A stretch of DNA of 19,809 nucleotides, taken from positions 1 to 19,809 of the forward strand of contig JBLICC010000016.1 in the NCBI GenBank assembly GCA_047631715.1, read 5' to 3'. The stretch's first letter is position 1. Every line of letters begins with the position of its first letter. The notes beneath the pieces are model-generated. The model ran no database searches. It worked only from the letters and a program-made list of their open reading frames with translations, and had not been told where the DNA came from. Shown in pieces: positions 9,337 through 17,821 of the stretch. A program made the position numbers and the translations under genes. The stretch comes from Alteromonas naphthalenivorans (GTDB taxonomy: Bacteria; Babelota; Babeliae; Babelales; CAIQNR01).

Positions 9337-11259
9337 TTAAATAGGCTTAGGTCGGCATTCCCAGCCATGTGGAAGAATGCTATCTCTATAGGTTTTTAAG
9401 ATGTCTATTAAGATTTTCGTGTCTACGGGTTCTTTTTTTACTTGAGACTCAAAGATAGAGAATTGAACTGCTTTTTGTATTGATTTTAGAAAGGGAGCTA
9501 TTTGAGGATTTGGTAGATTTTCGTCGAAAAAAGAATCGGTTTCTATGTTTAATGTTTCGATCCAATCAATAAACCGGGTAAGAAATTTTTGAATCTGTTC
9601 TATTTGGTAATCTGGTAGAGGAGGAGCGCAATAAAGATAACATGTGCCTGTTTTATTAAATGCGTGATAAGGGCAAAAAACAACTTCGGTACAGGTTGGT
9701 TTTTCTGAAGTTGTGCTAGCGAGTAAGTTTGCAAATGAGCTTTGCATATGCTGTAAGGTATTACTTGTTCCGATTTCATGTGATCGTTGAGTAAATTCTT
9801 CTACTAATGGACTTTGACTTCTTTGCATTTCTTTAAATTCTTGAGCAATAGAAAGAGGTTGTTCTTTTGGGGGTATTGGGGAGAGTTTTTTTAAATCTTC
9901 TTTTGTAAGCAAGCGCATGGAACTTATGGGGCTTGCTGCCCGTAATGCAGACATTGCAGCATTTATTAGTTGCTGCATAGATTCTTGAGTTTCTTCTTTT
10001 TCTTTTTTAAGACCACTATCTTGTTGGGGTGAATTGCAGGGAGTAATTACAACTTTTGTATCAGGTCGAGAATCTTTTTTTTCATAAGTTTCTTCTAAAA
10101 GATGATAATCAAAATCATGATTTAGTGTAAGACTATAGGTTTCTTCTAATAATCGAATTGTTTTAAGTGTTGAATTGTCCACTATTGTACAGGAAGTATC
10201 TAATGAAAAGGCTTCTTCGAGAGTACCGAGCATAAGAGTTAAGAGTGAATGAAAGCTATGGCATTTACAATTGCATGATGATGGTCTTATTTGTGCCTGT
10301 ACATCAGCAATAGTTTTCTTAACAGTTTCTATATTGCATCCGGGTGTTAGTTTAGAAAGGGCACTATGTATAAGTATTTTAGCTGTGAGAAATTCTTTTT
10401 GTGTATTTTCTGATTGATAGCCTTGAAGAATAACATTAACATCAATTATATTGTTTGGAGGAAGGCGGATTGTTGATGTTAATTTATGATTGGTATCTCC
10501 ATAGGAAGAAGTATTGTATGTTCTTACTAAAGTTCCAATTTTAGATAGTATTAATGCTTCATGCGAAATATAATTAGATATTGTTAGAGAGGTTTCTTCT
10601 GGTATTTTAAATGGTTCTTGCGCATCGATAACTGTGTCCAAACTTGTCAAAGCCATTTCTTTTGCAAGTTGAGATTTTCTTCTCTCTCGTTCTTTTCGTT
10701 TGTTTAGTTTTTCTTTCTGCCTTATTATTTCATTTTCTCTTTGAGTTTTACGTCTTTTAAGTTGGTGAGTTTTAGCTGTTGTTACTACTTCTTTAAGAAA
10801 GAGTGTTCTTTGAGTTTTAGCTTCTTGTTGTTGTTTAAGGATTCTAAGATCATCTATTTGTGTTTGTATATGATTACTATAACGTACAACAGTTTCTTGA
10901 TCGAGATCTCCACGTCCTGATGCACCATAAAGAGTATTGTGTAGAATGTTCATTTGAAGAGGAAACGAGGGGTTGGGTATATTTGGAGAAAGTTTATTAT
11001 TCTTAAGAATACCTGTACGAATCATACGTGCATCGTGAAGAAGCGCTTCTAGTGTTTCTACTTGCTTATCTTGCTTGCGAAAAGCATCTAAGCTTTCTTG
11101 TATGTCAGTAAATTCAGTATCTTGATCAAAAATCTTTATGTGTAAGCCTTGTGCTTGTTGAAGAGTTAAAATTTGTGAATTATTTTGTTTTTTCTTTTTT
11201 CCTGTTTGTGTGTCGGTAATTGGAATAAGTAAGAGCCCTAATAATAATAACTTTTTCAT
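9337..11259 (-). CDS. Hypothetical secreted protein, ~640 aa
   Basis: Long ORF. MKKLLLLGLLLIPIT signal peptide from ATG 11259 (the track uses TTG 11271). Basic stretches and Cys/His clusters. Confidence 0.8.
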   Translation of the reverse strand: MKKLLLLGLLLIPITDTQTGKKKKQNNSQILTLQQAQGLHIKIFDQDTEFTDIQESLDAFRKQDKQVETLEALLHDARMIRTGILKNNKLSPNIPNPSFPLQMNILHNTLYGASGRGDLDQETVVRYSNHIQTQIDDLRILKQQQEAKTQRTLFLKEVVTTAKTHQLKRRKTQRENEIIRQKEKLNKRKERERRKSQLAKEMALTSLDTVIDAQEPFKIPEETSLTISNYISHEALILSKIGTLVRTYNTSSYGDTNHKLTSTIRLPPNNIIDVNVILQGYQSENTQKEFLTAKILIHSALSKLTPGCNIETVKKTIADVQAQIRPSSCNCKCHSFHSLLTLMLGTLEEAFSLDTSCTIVDNSTLKTIRLLEETYSLTLNHDFDYHLLEETYEKKDSRPDTKVVITPCNSPQQDSGLKKEKEETQESMQQLINAAMSALRAASPISSMRLLTKEDLKKLSPIPPKEQPLSIAQEFKEMQRSQSPLVEEFTQRSHEIGTSNTLQHMQSSFANLLASTTSEKPTCTEVVFCPYHAFNKTGTCYLYCAPPLPDYQIEQIQKFLTRFIDWIETLNIETDSFFDENLPNPQIAPFLKSIQKAVQFSIFESQVKKEPVDTKILIDILKTYRDSILPHGWECRPKPI

Positions 11260-11337
11260 TAGTGTTTTCAATCGATTAGAGAGTTAAAAGCTATACCCTA
11301 AAAGATTATTATACGAATTGTGCTCTAAAAATACAGT

Positions 11338-12729
11338 TTATTTTTTAGAAAATATTAAAAGAATAGCAAGATTAGAGAAAAAGCCTGGAATCATAGAAGG
11401 TACAGAACTTCCAACAAGTGGCCAAAGTGCTGCAACTGTTCCACCAACAAGCATTCCCCAAAAGGCCCCGTTAGCAGTAACTTTTTTTGAATACAGTGAC
11501 AGTAAGATAACCGGACCAAACGAACTTCCTAGGCCATTCCACGCATATTCAACTAATGCATATACCGAAGCACTTTTATTAAATGCTACCGCATAACTAA
11601 AGAGTGGCATAATCAAAACGCCAATCTTTGAAGCACGTAATACTTCTTTATTGGTTGCTTTGGGATGTAAGTACTGTTTATAGAAGTCATTAGCAAAAGT
11701 TGATGCTGAAACCAAAATTTGAGTGTCTATGGTGGTAAGCCCTGCGGCAACAATAGCGCATAATACAAAGCCAGCAATAAATGGATTAAATAAACTTTTT
11801 ACCATTGTTACAAATACAAGCTCAGGATCTGCTAATGGTTGTGCAAAATAGGCAATAGCTATAATTCCAATACCAAGTGATGATCCAAGTGTTAAGATTT
11901 GCCAGGTGATACCAATATTACGAGCTTTTGATATATCTTTTGAATTTTTTATACCCATAAAATTAACTAGAATATGAGGTTGACCAAAATAACCAAGACC
12001 CCAAGAGAGAGCAAGAAGAAGCGAACTTATTAAACCTGATAGCGTTTTTGGCAATAAACTTAAAGAAACACTTTTAAGTTTTGCAGCCATGCTAATAGCT
12101 TTTAGACTTGGCAATTTTAAAAATGCTAAGCTTGGCACTAACATAATCATGCAGAGTAAAAAGAGCCCTTGAAACAGATCGCACCAAGCAACTCCTACAA
12201 AGCCACCTACAAATGTATAAGTAACAGTAGTAAGCAATGCAATAAGAATTCCCAAGTGGTAATCGATATTAAAAACGTTTTCGAACATTAATCCCATGCC
12301 TACAAGGCCAGAAGAAATATAAAACGTAAAGAATAAAAGACATAAGAAAGAACTTAAAATACGTAGTTTTCCTGATTTGTCATCGAATCGATTTTCTAAA
12401 TAGGTAGAAAGAGTAAGAGCATTATATTTTTCGGTTTCTGTCCGTAATGCTTTTGCTACAAAGGTCCATGAGCAAAACATGCCCGTCACAAGACCGATAG
12501 GCACCCATGCAATATGCATACCTTGTGTGTAGATAATACCTGGAAGGCCCATAAATAGCCAGATGCTCATATCACTTGAATGCGCAGCAATAGCAGTAGC
12601 CACATAGTTTAATGATCTGCTGCCCAACATAAAGTCTTCTGCGTTTTGACTTTGTTTATAAAACACATAACTAATACCGGCTAAAATTGAACCATATAAC
12701 CCAAAAGCGCATAAAAAATCTTGTAACAT
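11338..12729 (-). CDS. putP: Sodium/proline symporter (SSS family)
   Basis: DFMLGSRSL, SSDMSIWLFMGLPG, YLENRF, WGLGYFGQPHIL and AWNGLGSSFGP, with about 12-13 TM segments. AGGAG RBS. Confidence 0.92.
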   Translation of the reverse strand: MLQDFLCAFGLYGSILAGISYVFYKQSQNAEDFMLGSRSLNYVATAIAAHSSDMSIWLFMGLPGIIYTQGMHIAWVPIGLVTGMFCSWTFVAKALRTETEKYNALTLSTYLENRFDDKSGKLRILSSFLCLLFFTFYISSGLVGMGLMFENVFNIDYHLGILIALLTTVTYTFVGGFVGVAWCDLFQGLFLLCMIMLVPSLAFLKLPSLKAISMAAKLKSVSLSLLPKTLSGLISSLLLALSWGLGYFGQPHILVNFMGIKNSKDISKARNIGITWQILTLGSSLGIGIIAIAYFAQPLADPELVFVTMVKSLFNPFIAGFVLCAIVAAGLTTIDTQILVSASTFANDFYKQYLHPKATNKEVLRASKIGVLIMPLFSYAVAFNKSASVYALVEYAWNGLGSSFGPVILLSLYSKKVTANGAFWGMLVGGTVAALWPLVGSSVPSMIPGFFSNLAILLIFSKK

Positions 12730-12759
12730 AAAAAGTCTCCTAAAAAAACATGAATTATC

Positions 12760-12788
12760 AGTATAGAATATTATAAGTGTCGCTACAA
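12760..12788 (-). promoter_or_regulatory. Putative putP promoter
   Basis: Minus strand reads TTGTAG-17 nt-TATACT. Confidence 0.5.
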
Positions 12789-12791
12789 ATC

Positions 12792-12821
12792 TTGCGAGTA
12801 ATGCATAAAAATTGATACAGT
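12792..12821 (+). promoter_or_regulatory. Putative promoter of the membrane-protein array
   Basis: TTGCGA-18 nt-TACAGT with an extended -10 TGn, back to back with the putP promoter. Confidence 0.45.
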
Positions 12822-12869
12822 TAGAAATAAGCTTGGGTTTTTAAACATAGGGTTTTTAAAGGGGAAAGT

Positions 12870-13397
12870 ATGTCTGATTTTTTATTAAAATTTATTGGGA
12901 TCTCAATAGTTTGGGCCTGTATTGTTGCGATTTCTTATCTTATGATCCGTTGGTGCTTTGATTACGAAATGTCGTGGAAGCGTGTAGGCATGTGGGCAAC
13001 GGGTACTTTTGTGGGTGTTATGGCTTCGATAGCTATGTACTATATCTTGCCTCAACGCTGGCAAGATATAACTAATGTATTATTTGATCATCTTATTTGT
13101 GGTGCTGCATTGCATATGCTTCTGTTTCGCGTAGATGGTTATTTAATTAATAAATTTGGATCAGGTATTTCTCGATCAAAATTTTATTTAGGGGTCATAA
13201 TTATTTATGGTTTCATGATTTTAGATGGACTTGTAGTTATTCAAATGAATTCGCATGTTATTGTAAAAATTTCTGACATGGTTGTTGAGTATCTTACGCG
13301 GAGTGCAGTTCTTATGTGCTTAGTGCTCGAAATTAAGTTCCGCAATCAACCAAAAGTAAAAGATGTTGTTCAGGATTATGATATGGAAGATTATTAA
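12870..13397 (+). CDS. Hypothetical integral membrane protein, 175 aa (~5 TM)
   Basis: ORF with AGGGGA RBS and multiple hydrophobic segments. Confidence 0.75.
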   Translation: MSDFLLKFIGISIVWACIVAISYLMIRWCFDYEMSWKRVGMWATGTFVGVMASIAMYYILPQRWQDITNVLFDHLICGAALHMLLFRVDGYLINKFGSGISRSKFYLGVIIIYGFMILDGLVVIQMNSHVIVKISDMVVEYLTRSAVLMCLVLEIKFRNQPKVKDVVQDYDMEDY

Positions 13398-13417
13398 ACC
13401 TAAAAAAGGATATTGCT

Positions 13418-13690
13418 ATGGTTATAGATTATCAAATGTTAATGCAGGGTCTTTTCTGTGTCGGAGTAGTATTTGGTTCTCTCTTTATTTTTGCGTGGCA
13501 TAAAGGGCAGCTAGGAAAGTTGCAGTATAAAAAATTAGGTATTTTTGCAGCATGTACGGTTGGTTATATTTACTTGATGAGTACTGGTATTGTTTCGAAA
13601 TCCATGAATAGTATTCTTGTTAAAATTTGGATTATTGTTTTTTGTGCAAGATTGTTGTGGCAGTACATGAACCGTAAAAAAGGGGAATAG
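13418..13690 (+). CDS. Small membrane protein, 90 aa (~3 TM)
   Basis: AAGGA RBS, hydrophobic helices with Lys-rich loops. Confidence 0.7.
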   Translation: MVIDYQMLMQGLFCVGVVFGSLFIFAWHKGQLGKLQYKKLGIFAACTVGYIYLMSTGIVSKSMNSILVKIWIIVFCARLLWQYMNRKKGE

Positions 13691-13691
13691 T

Positions 13692-13862
13692 ATGCAGGTA
13701 GTATCGAAAAGCTTTTTATTGACCGCAGCGTGTAGTTTATTGCTCGCGCTTTTTGTTATGTATGTTTTGTTAGTTCATAAAGGCATAAAGTCCGAACAGC
13801 GCAAGGTATACATGTTTGGTTTTGGCATTGTGTGGACTATGTTTAATATTATTGCTTTGTAA
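13692..13862 (+). CDS. Small membrane protein, 56 aa (2 TM; absent from ORF track)
   Basis: MQVVSKSFLLTAACSLLLALFVMYVLLVHKGIKSEQRKVYMFGFGIVWTMFNIIAL*. AGGGGA RBS. Fills the gap between its neighbours (1 nt and 10 nt spacing). Confidence 0.7.
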   Translation: MQVVSKSFLLTAACSLLLALFVMYVLLVHKGIKSEQRKVYMFGFGIVWTMFNIIAL

Positions 13863-13872
13863 GGGGATTATT

Positions 13873-14145
13873 ATGAATATGGAATTAATAAAAACATTTG
13901 CAATGAACATTGCGATTTTTGCTGTAGGTGGTCTAGTTCTTTTTGTGCCATTAGTAAACTTTATAAATGCACAGTTAGGCAAACCAGGAAGAGTTAGCTA
14001 TAAGATTGGATTATTATGGGGTATTATTTCTGGATTTGTATTTAGTTTAATTATGGCGAATACAGTATCTGTGATAACTGTTATGTTGATTTCTGGTGTG
14101 ATTATTTTAGCTTCTTTTATTTATCGCAAGTTTATTCAAAAATAA
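13873..14145 (+). CDS. Small membrane protein, 90 aa (~3 TM)
   Basis: ATG 13873 follows AAGGGGA (MNMELIKTF...). The track's TTG 13816 start overlaps the 56-aa gene. Confidence 0.72.
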   Translation: MNMELIKTFAMNIAIFAVGGLVLFVPLVNFINAQLGKPGRVSYKIGLLWGIISGFVFSLIMANTVSVITVMLISGVIILASFIYRKFIQK

Positions 14146-14168
14146 ATAAAAAAAATTAGGGGATAGTT

Positions 14169-14384
14169 ATGGAAATAAATTATGTATATTTAATAAGTGC
14201 TTTTCTTGGGCTTGGTTTAGGGGGAGCTCTAGTAAGGCCTAAATCATCTGCTTTTTTTAAATGTATTACATCAAACCAAATACTTCAGGGTTTTTTATAT
14301 GGTGTAGCATTGGGATGTATTGTTTTTCCCGTTTCATTTATTATTCAGTTGGGTATTAACTGGGTAACTGGAAAACCTTACTAA
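14169..14384 (+). CDS. Small membrane protein, 71 aa (2 TM)
   Basis: AGGGGA RBS and a Gly-rich TM segment. Its 3' end overlaps the tatD 3' end by 29 nt. Confidence 0.65.
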   Translation: MEINYVYLISAFLGLGLGGALVRPKSSAFFKCITSNQILQGFLYGVALGCIVFPVSFIIQLGINWVTGKPY

Positions 14385-15168
14385 CGGTTGCTTGCGTAAC
14401 TTTAGAAATTTCTTCAACTGTACTACCTCGTAGCTCGGCTAAAAATTCTGCAACTGTTGCAATTTGAGCTGGGCTATTTTGGTGTCCACGTATCTTTTGT
14501 GGAGGCAGAAAGGGCGAATCGGTTTCTAAAATAATCTTATCTAGCGGTATCAGCGTAGCAATTTCTCGGAGTACTTTGTTTCTTGGATAGGTTAATGTTC
14601 CGCCAATTCCTAATACAAAGCCAAGCTCTAATGCATAGTTAGCAAAATCTTGACCTTCAGAAAAACAGTGTATCACGCCACGAATACCATCGTTCTTATA
14701 TTCTTCGAGTACTTCTAAAACTTCACCGCCAGCATCACGTGTGTGAATAACAATGGCCAGATCATGTTCTAAGGCAAGCTCAATTTGGGCCCTAAACCCA
14801 TCGTACTGCATTTGTTTGTTATAATTGGGGTAGTGGTAGTCAAGACCAATTTCACCAATGCCTACAATCTTATAAGTCTCTTTTGCGGTAAGCCATTTTT
14901 TATAGGTAGCAATATCGTTCTTCCAGTCGCTTTTTAAATCGTTAGGATGTGTGCCAATAGTTGCATAACAATGTTCAAATGCTTGTGCAAGTTGTATGCA
15001 GTTGTGGCTTTCTGCCACGCTGGTGCCAACATTTATAATGCGTGTTACGTTTGCTTGTTGTGCTTGTGTAATTATTGGTTGTGCTAGTTCTTTAAAATTT
15101 GTAGGAACAGGAACGTCGAACTGTTTTTTAATCATCATGTTGATGTGACAATGTGTGTCTGTAAACAT
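14356..15168 (-). CDS. tatD: TatD-family DNase
   Basis: DTHCH, GTHP, GEIGLDY, IHTRDA, GVIHCFS and ILETDSPFL. Confidence 0.95.
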   Translation of the reverse strand: MFTDTHCHINMMIKKQFDVPVPTNFKELAQPIITQAQQANVTRIINVGTSVAESHNCIQLAQAFEHCYATIGTHPNDLKSDWKNDIATYKKWLTAKETYKIVGIGEIGLDYHYPNYNKQMQYDGFRAQIELALEHDLAIVIHTRDAGGEVLEVLEEYKNDGIRGVIHCFSEGQDFANYALELGFVLGIGGTLTYPRNKVLREIATLIPLDKIILETDSPFLPPQKIRGHQNSPAQIATVAEFLAELRGSTVEEISKVTQATVSKVFQLPS

Positions 15169-15341
15169 TTTTTACCTTTCTGTTTTTTATCTAGTGTAGT
15201 CAAGAGTGAAAAAAAATAAAAAAGTTATTTTCTGTAAAACACAAATTGATATTTTTTATAAAAATGTTTGTGTGTAAATGTTTTTTTTATTTTCATATTT
15301 GTTACTCATATGCATAAACGCTTTTGTAGTAGGTTTCTAGG

Positions 15342-15369
15342 TTGACAAATATACAGAAAAACATAGGAT
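15342..15369 (+). promoter_or_regulatory. Putative HU promoter
   Basis: TTGACA-16 nt-TAGGAT, preceded by an AT-rich region. Confidence 0.55.
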
Positions 15370-15461
15370 ACAAAACGACTTAATACACCAAATAAAAAAG
15401 GTATGAGTAAGTAATGTTAGCAGCAGTGTTTTTTAATTTCTAACCGTTACAAGGAGCATCA

Positions 15462-15740
15462 ATGAACAAAAGTGAATTGATAAATTCTCTAAGTGAAGAG
15501 ACAACATTTAGCAAAAAGGACGTGACGCGCGTTCTTGATTCTTTAATTCGTATTATCGAACGTACACTTGGAAAAGGTGACAAAGTTTCTATTACAGGTT
15601 TTGGAACTTACTGGGTGTCTCGTCGTCCAGCTCGCAAAGGTATTAACCCAGCGACAAAAGAACGTATCGACTTGCCAGAAGTAAACGTTCCTCGTTTTAA
15701 ACCAGGAAAACATTTACGCGAATTGATTCGTGCAGCGTAA
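15462..15740 (+). CDS. hup: HU family DNA-binding protein
   Basis: MNKSELI, GFGT, RKGINPAT and PRFKPGK. AAGGAG RBS. Confidence 0.95.
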   Translation: MNKSELINSLSEETTFSKKDVTRVLDSLIRIIERTLGKGDKVSITGFGTYWVSRRPARKGINPATKERIDLPEVNVPRFKPGKHLRELIRAA

Positions 15741-15806
15741 ATTTTATTACTTGAATGTGGTGCTAGTAATAGTTTAATCACAGGAAAGTTCTTATTCATG
15801 CAAATT

Positions 15807-15829
15807 AAGGTCGCCTCGGCGACCTTTTT
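15807..15829 (+). terminator. Intrinsic terminator after HU, possibly bidirectional
   Basis: AAGGTCGC-CTCG-GCGACCTT followed by a T-rich tail, between convergent genes. Confidence 0.8.
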
Positions 15830-15852
15830 ATTTTGTAAATTCATTATTATTT

Positions 15853-16203
15853 TTAAAGTTTTATATCGTCAAAAGCATCTTCTAGCCCTGTAGTGGTTAT
15901 TAATTCTTGAATCCATCTTTCTATTGATTGTAGTTTATCTGTTATTACTACTTTTCTAGCAGGGTGATCAGCAGCAAGTTGTTGTTTTTGAATCAAAGCA
16001 TTCAGTACAAGTCGTTTTTTTGGAAGATCTTCTTGTTGTTTTTTTATTTTTTGTTTTTGATGCATTTTGTTTTTTGACATATTTAATTGTATGCCAGCTG
16101 TATGTGCAGGCTTTTGTTGTACAGGATCGGTTTTAAATTTATGAGCACAAAAACCGGTCGTTGTCGTTCCCAATAAAACAAATGTAACTAATAGTTTCTT
16201 CAT
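15853..16203 (-). CDS. Small secreted hypothetical protein, 116 aa
   Basis: GGAGA RBS before ATG 16203, signal peptide MKKLLVTFVLLGTTTTGFCA, Q/K-rich body. Confidence 0.75.
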   Translation of the reverse strand: MKKLLVTFVLLGTTTTGFCAHKFKTDPVQQKPAHTAGIQLNMSKNKMHQKQKIKKQQEDLPKKRLVLNALIQKQQLAADHPARKVVITDKLQSIERWIQELITTTGLEDAFDDIKL

Positions 16204-16429
16204 AGTATTCTCCATTTTTTAAAATTAAGCTTATTTAAATTCATAACTCTTTTAAAAATACTATAGAGTGTTGATTAAAAGCAATAGCCCGATCTGTTTT
16301 ATTCTTCTAGATAGGTGATCGAGCTTATTTTAACAGGGCTTTTGGTGCTTATATTTCACAACCAGGGTAAAATAGGGTATTTTGTCTGGATATCGAGTAA
16401 GTGAGACTAAACGTTGTGAGAATAAGATT

Positions 16430-17662
16430 ATGATAGATATGAGTTTACTGCGTCACGATCCAGAAGGTATTGGCGCTCAGATACAAAAAAAAGATCCAAG
16501 GTTTAATATTAAAGTATTACTTGAGGTTGATGCTCAAGTTCGAGACATTAATACGCATGTAGAAACATTGCGATCTAAAAAAAATGAACTGGCCAAGCAG
16601 GCTAAGTCAGGAGTTACTCCTGAGCTACGTGAGCAATCAATTGCAGTAGGAAAAGAATTAAAAGAAAAAGAAACACAATTAGAGCAAGTACAAATATCTC
16701 TTAATGAGTTATTGTATACGTGTCCTAATATGCCACTTGCTGATGTTCCTGAAGGGAATAAAGAAGAAAATCAGGTAGTTAAAGAAGTGGGTAAAAAGCC
16801 AACATTTTCTTTTACTCCTAAGCATCATGTTGAGTTGGATGAAAAAAATAAGTGGTTCGATTTTGAGGCGGGTGCAAACTTGGCGGCTTCAGGCTTTGTC
16901 TGGTATCAAGGTCAAGGCGTAAAGCTTTTATATGCGCTTGCGATGTTCATGCTCAAAAGTAATAGTAAGCATGGGTTTGAGGTTGTATTGCCTCCGTATT
17001 TTGCCAATGAGAAAACTCTTACAGTTTCTGGAAACTTTCCAAAATTTAAAGATGAAGTTTTTGCTGTAACAGAAGATAATTTGTATGCCATTCCAACATC
17101 AGAAGTAAGTTTGGTTAATAAATATCGAGGCGCTATTATTCCAACAGATCAGTTGCCGATTAATATGACTGCATGGTCAAGTTGTTTTAGACGCGAGGCT
17201 GGCAATTATGGTGCAAATGAACGTGGTTTAATTCGTATTCATCAGTTCGAAAAAGTAGAACTTGTTACATTGTGCGAATCAAAAAATTCAGAAGAAGAAC
17301 TAAAACGAATGATGGCCTGTGCAGAAGATATTCTGTCTCAGCTCGGTCTGCATTATCGTGTAAGTTTGCTTGCAGCACAAGATTGTTCATTCCAATCTGC
17401 AAAAACATATGATATTGAAGTTTGGTTGCCTGGGCAAGAGCGGTATTATGAAGTTTCTTCTGCAAGTATTTGTACTGACTTTCAGGCACGACGTGGAAAA
17501 ATTCGTCATCGTAAATCTCAAGGCGAAAAAACTGAATTGGTACATACATTAAATGCATCTTCTTTAGCATTACCAAGACTTATGGTTGCGTTGATCGAAA
17601 CATATCAACAAGAAGATGGTTCTATTAAATTCCCAGAAGTTCTTAAAAAAGAGATGTTTTAA
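16430..17662 (+). CDS. serS: Serine--tRNA ligase
   Basis: MIDMSLLR start, coiled-coil arm, IPTSEV, CFRREAG, RGLIRIHQFEKVE, TYDIEVWLP and HTLN. Confidence 0.97.
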   Translation: MIDMSLLRHDPEGIGAQIQKKDPRFNIKVLLEVDAQVRDINTHVETLRSKKNELAKQAKSGVTPELREQSIAVGKELKEKETQLEQVQISLNELLYTCPNMPLADVPEGNKEENQVVKEVGKKPTFSFTPKHHVELDEKNKWFDFEAGANLAASGFVWYQGQGVKLLYALAMFMLKSNSKHGFEVVLPPYFANEKTLTVSGNFPKFKDEVFAVTEDNLYAIPTSEVSLVNKYRGAIIPTDQLPINMTAWSSCFRREAGNYGANERGLIRIHQFEKVELVTLCESKNSEEELKRMMACAEDILSQLGLHYRVSLLAAQDCSFQSAKTYDIEVWLPGQERYYEVSSASICTDFQARRGKIRHRKSQGEKTELVHTLNASSLALPRLMVALIETYQQEDGSIKFPEVLKKEMF

Positions 17663-17671
17663 AATAAGGTG

Positions 17672-17802
17672 TCTCTCGATACAATTTTAAGATTGCATCT
17701 TTAAAAATCACTCGAGATGAACTAGGTTATTAGTTTGTTTAAAAAAAAAGTTAATTGGTTCATCCCGAGTGGGTCGAGTGAAACAAGAGTTGTATCGAGG
17801 GA
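17672..17802. repeat. Palindromic REP/REPIN-like element, copy 1 (131 bp)
   Basis: TCTCTCGATACA...CACTCGAGATGAA-spacer-TTCATCCCGAGTG...TGTATCGAGGGA. Direct repeat of copy 2. Confidence 0.9.
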
Positions 17803-17821
17803 GTCAAAAGATGGTAATAGT

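Noticed and set aside
15169..15461. Long AT-rich tatD-HU spacer as an ncRNA or replication origin
   Set aside because: Explained by divergent promoters and the HU leader. I found no DnaA-box cluster or convincing stable structure.
17735..17821. N-terminal extension of DUF58 through the repeat, resembling an in-frame palindromic insertion
   Set aside because: TTG start without an RBS. DUF58-like sequence begins at ATG 17822, so the open frame is probably incidental.
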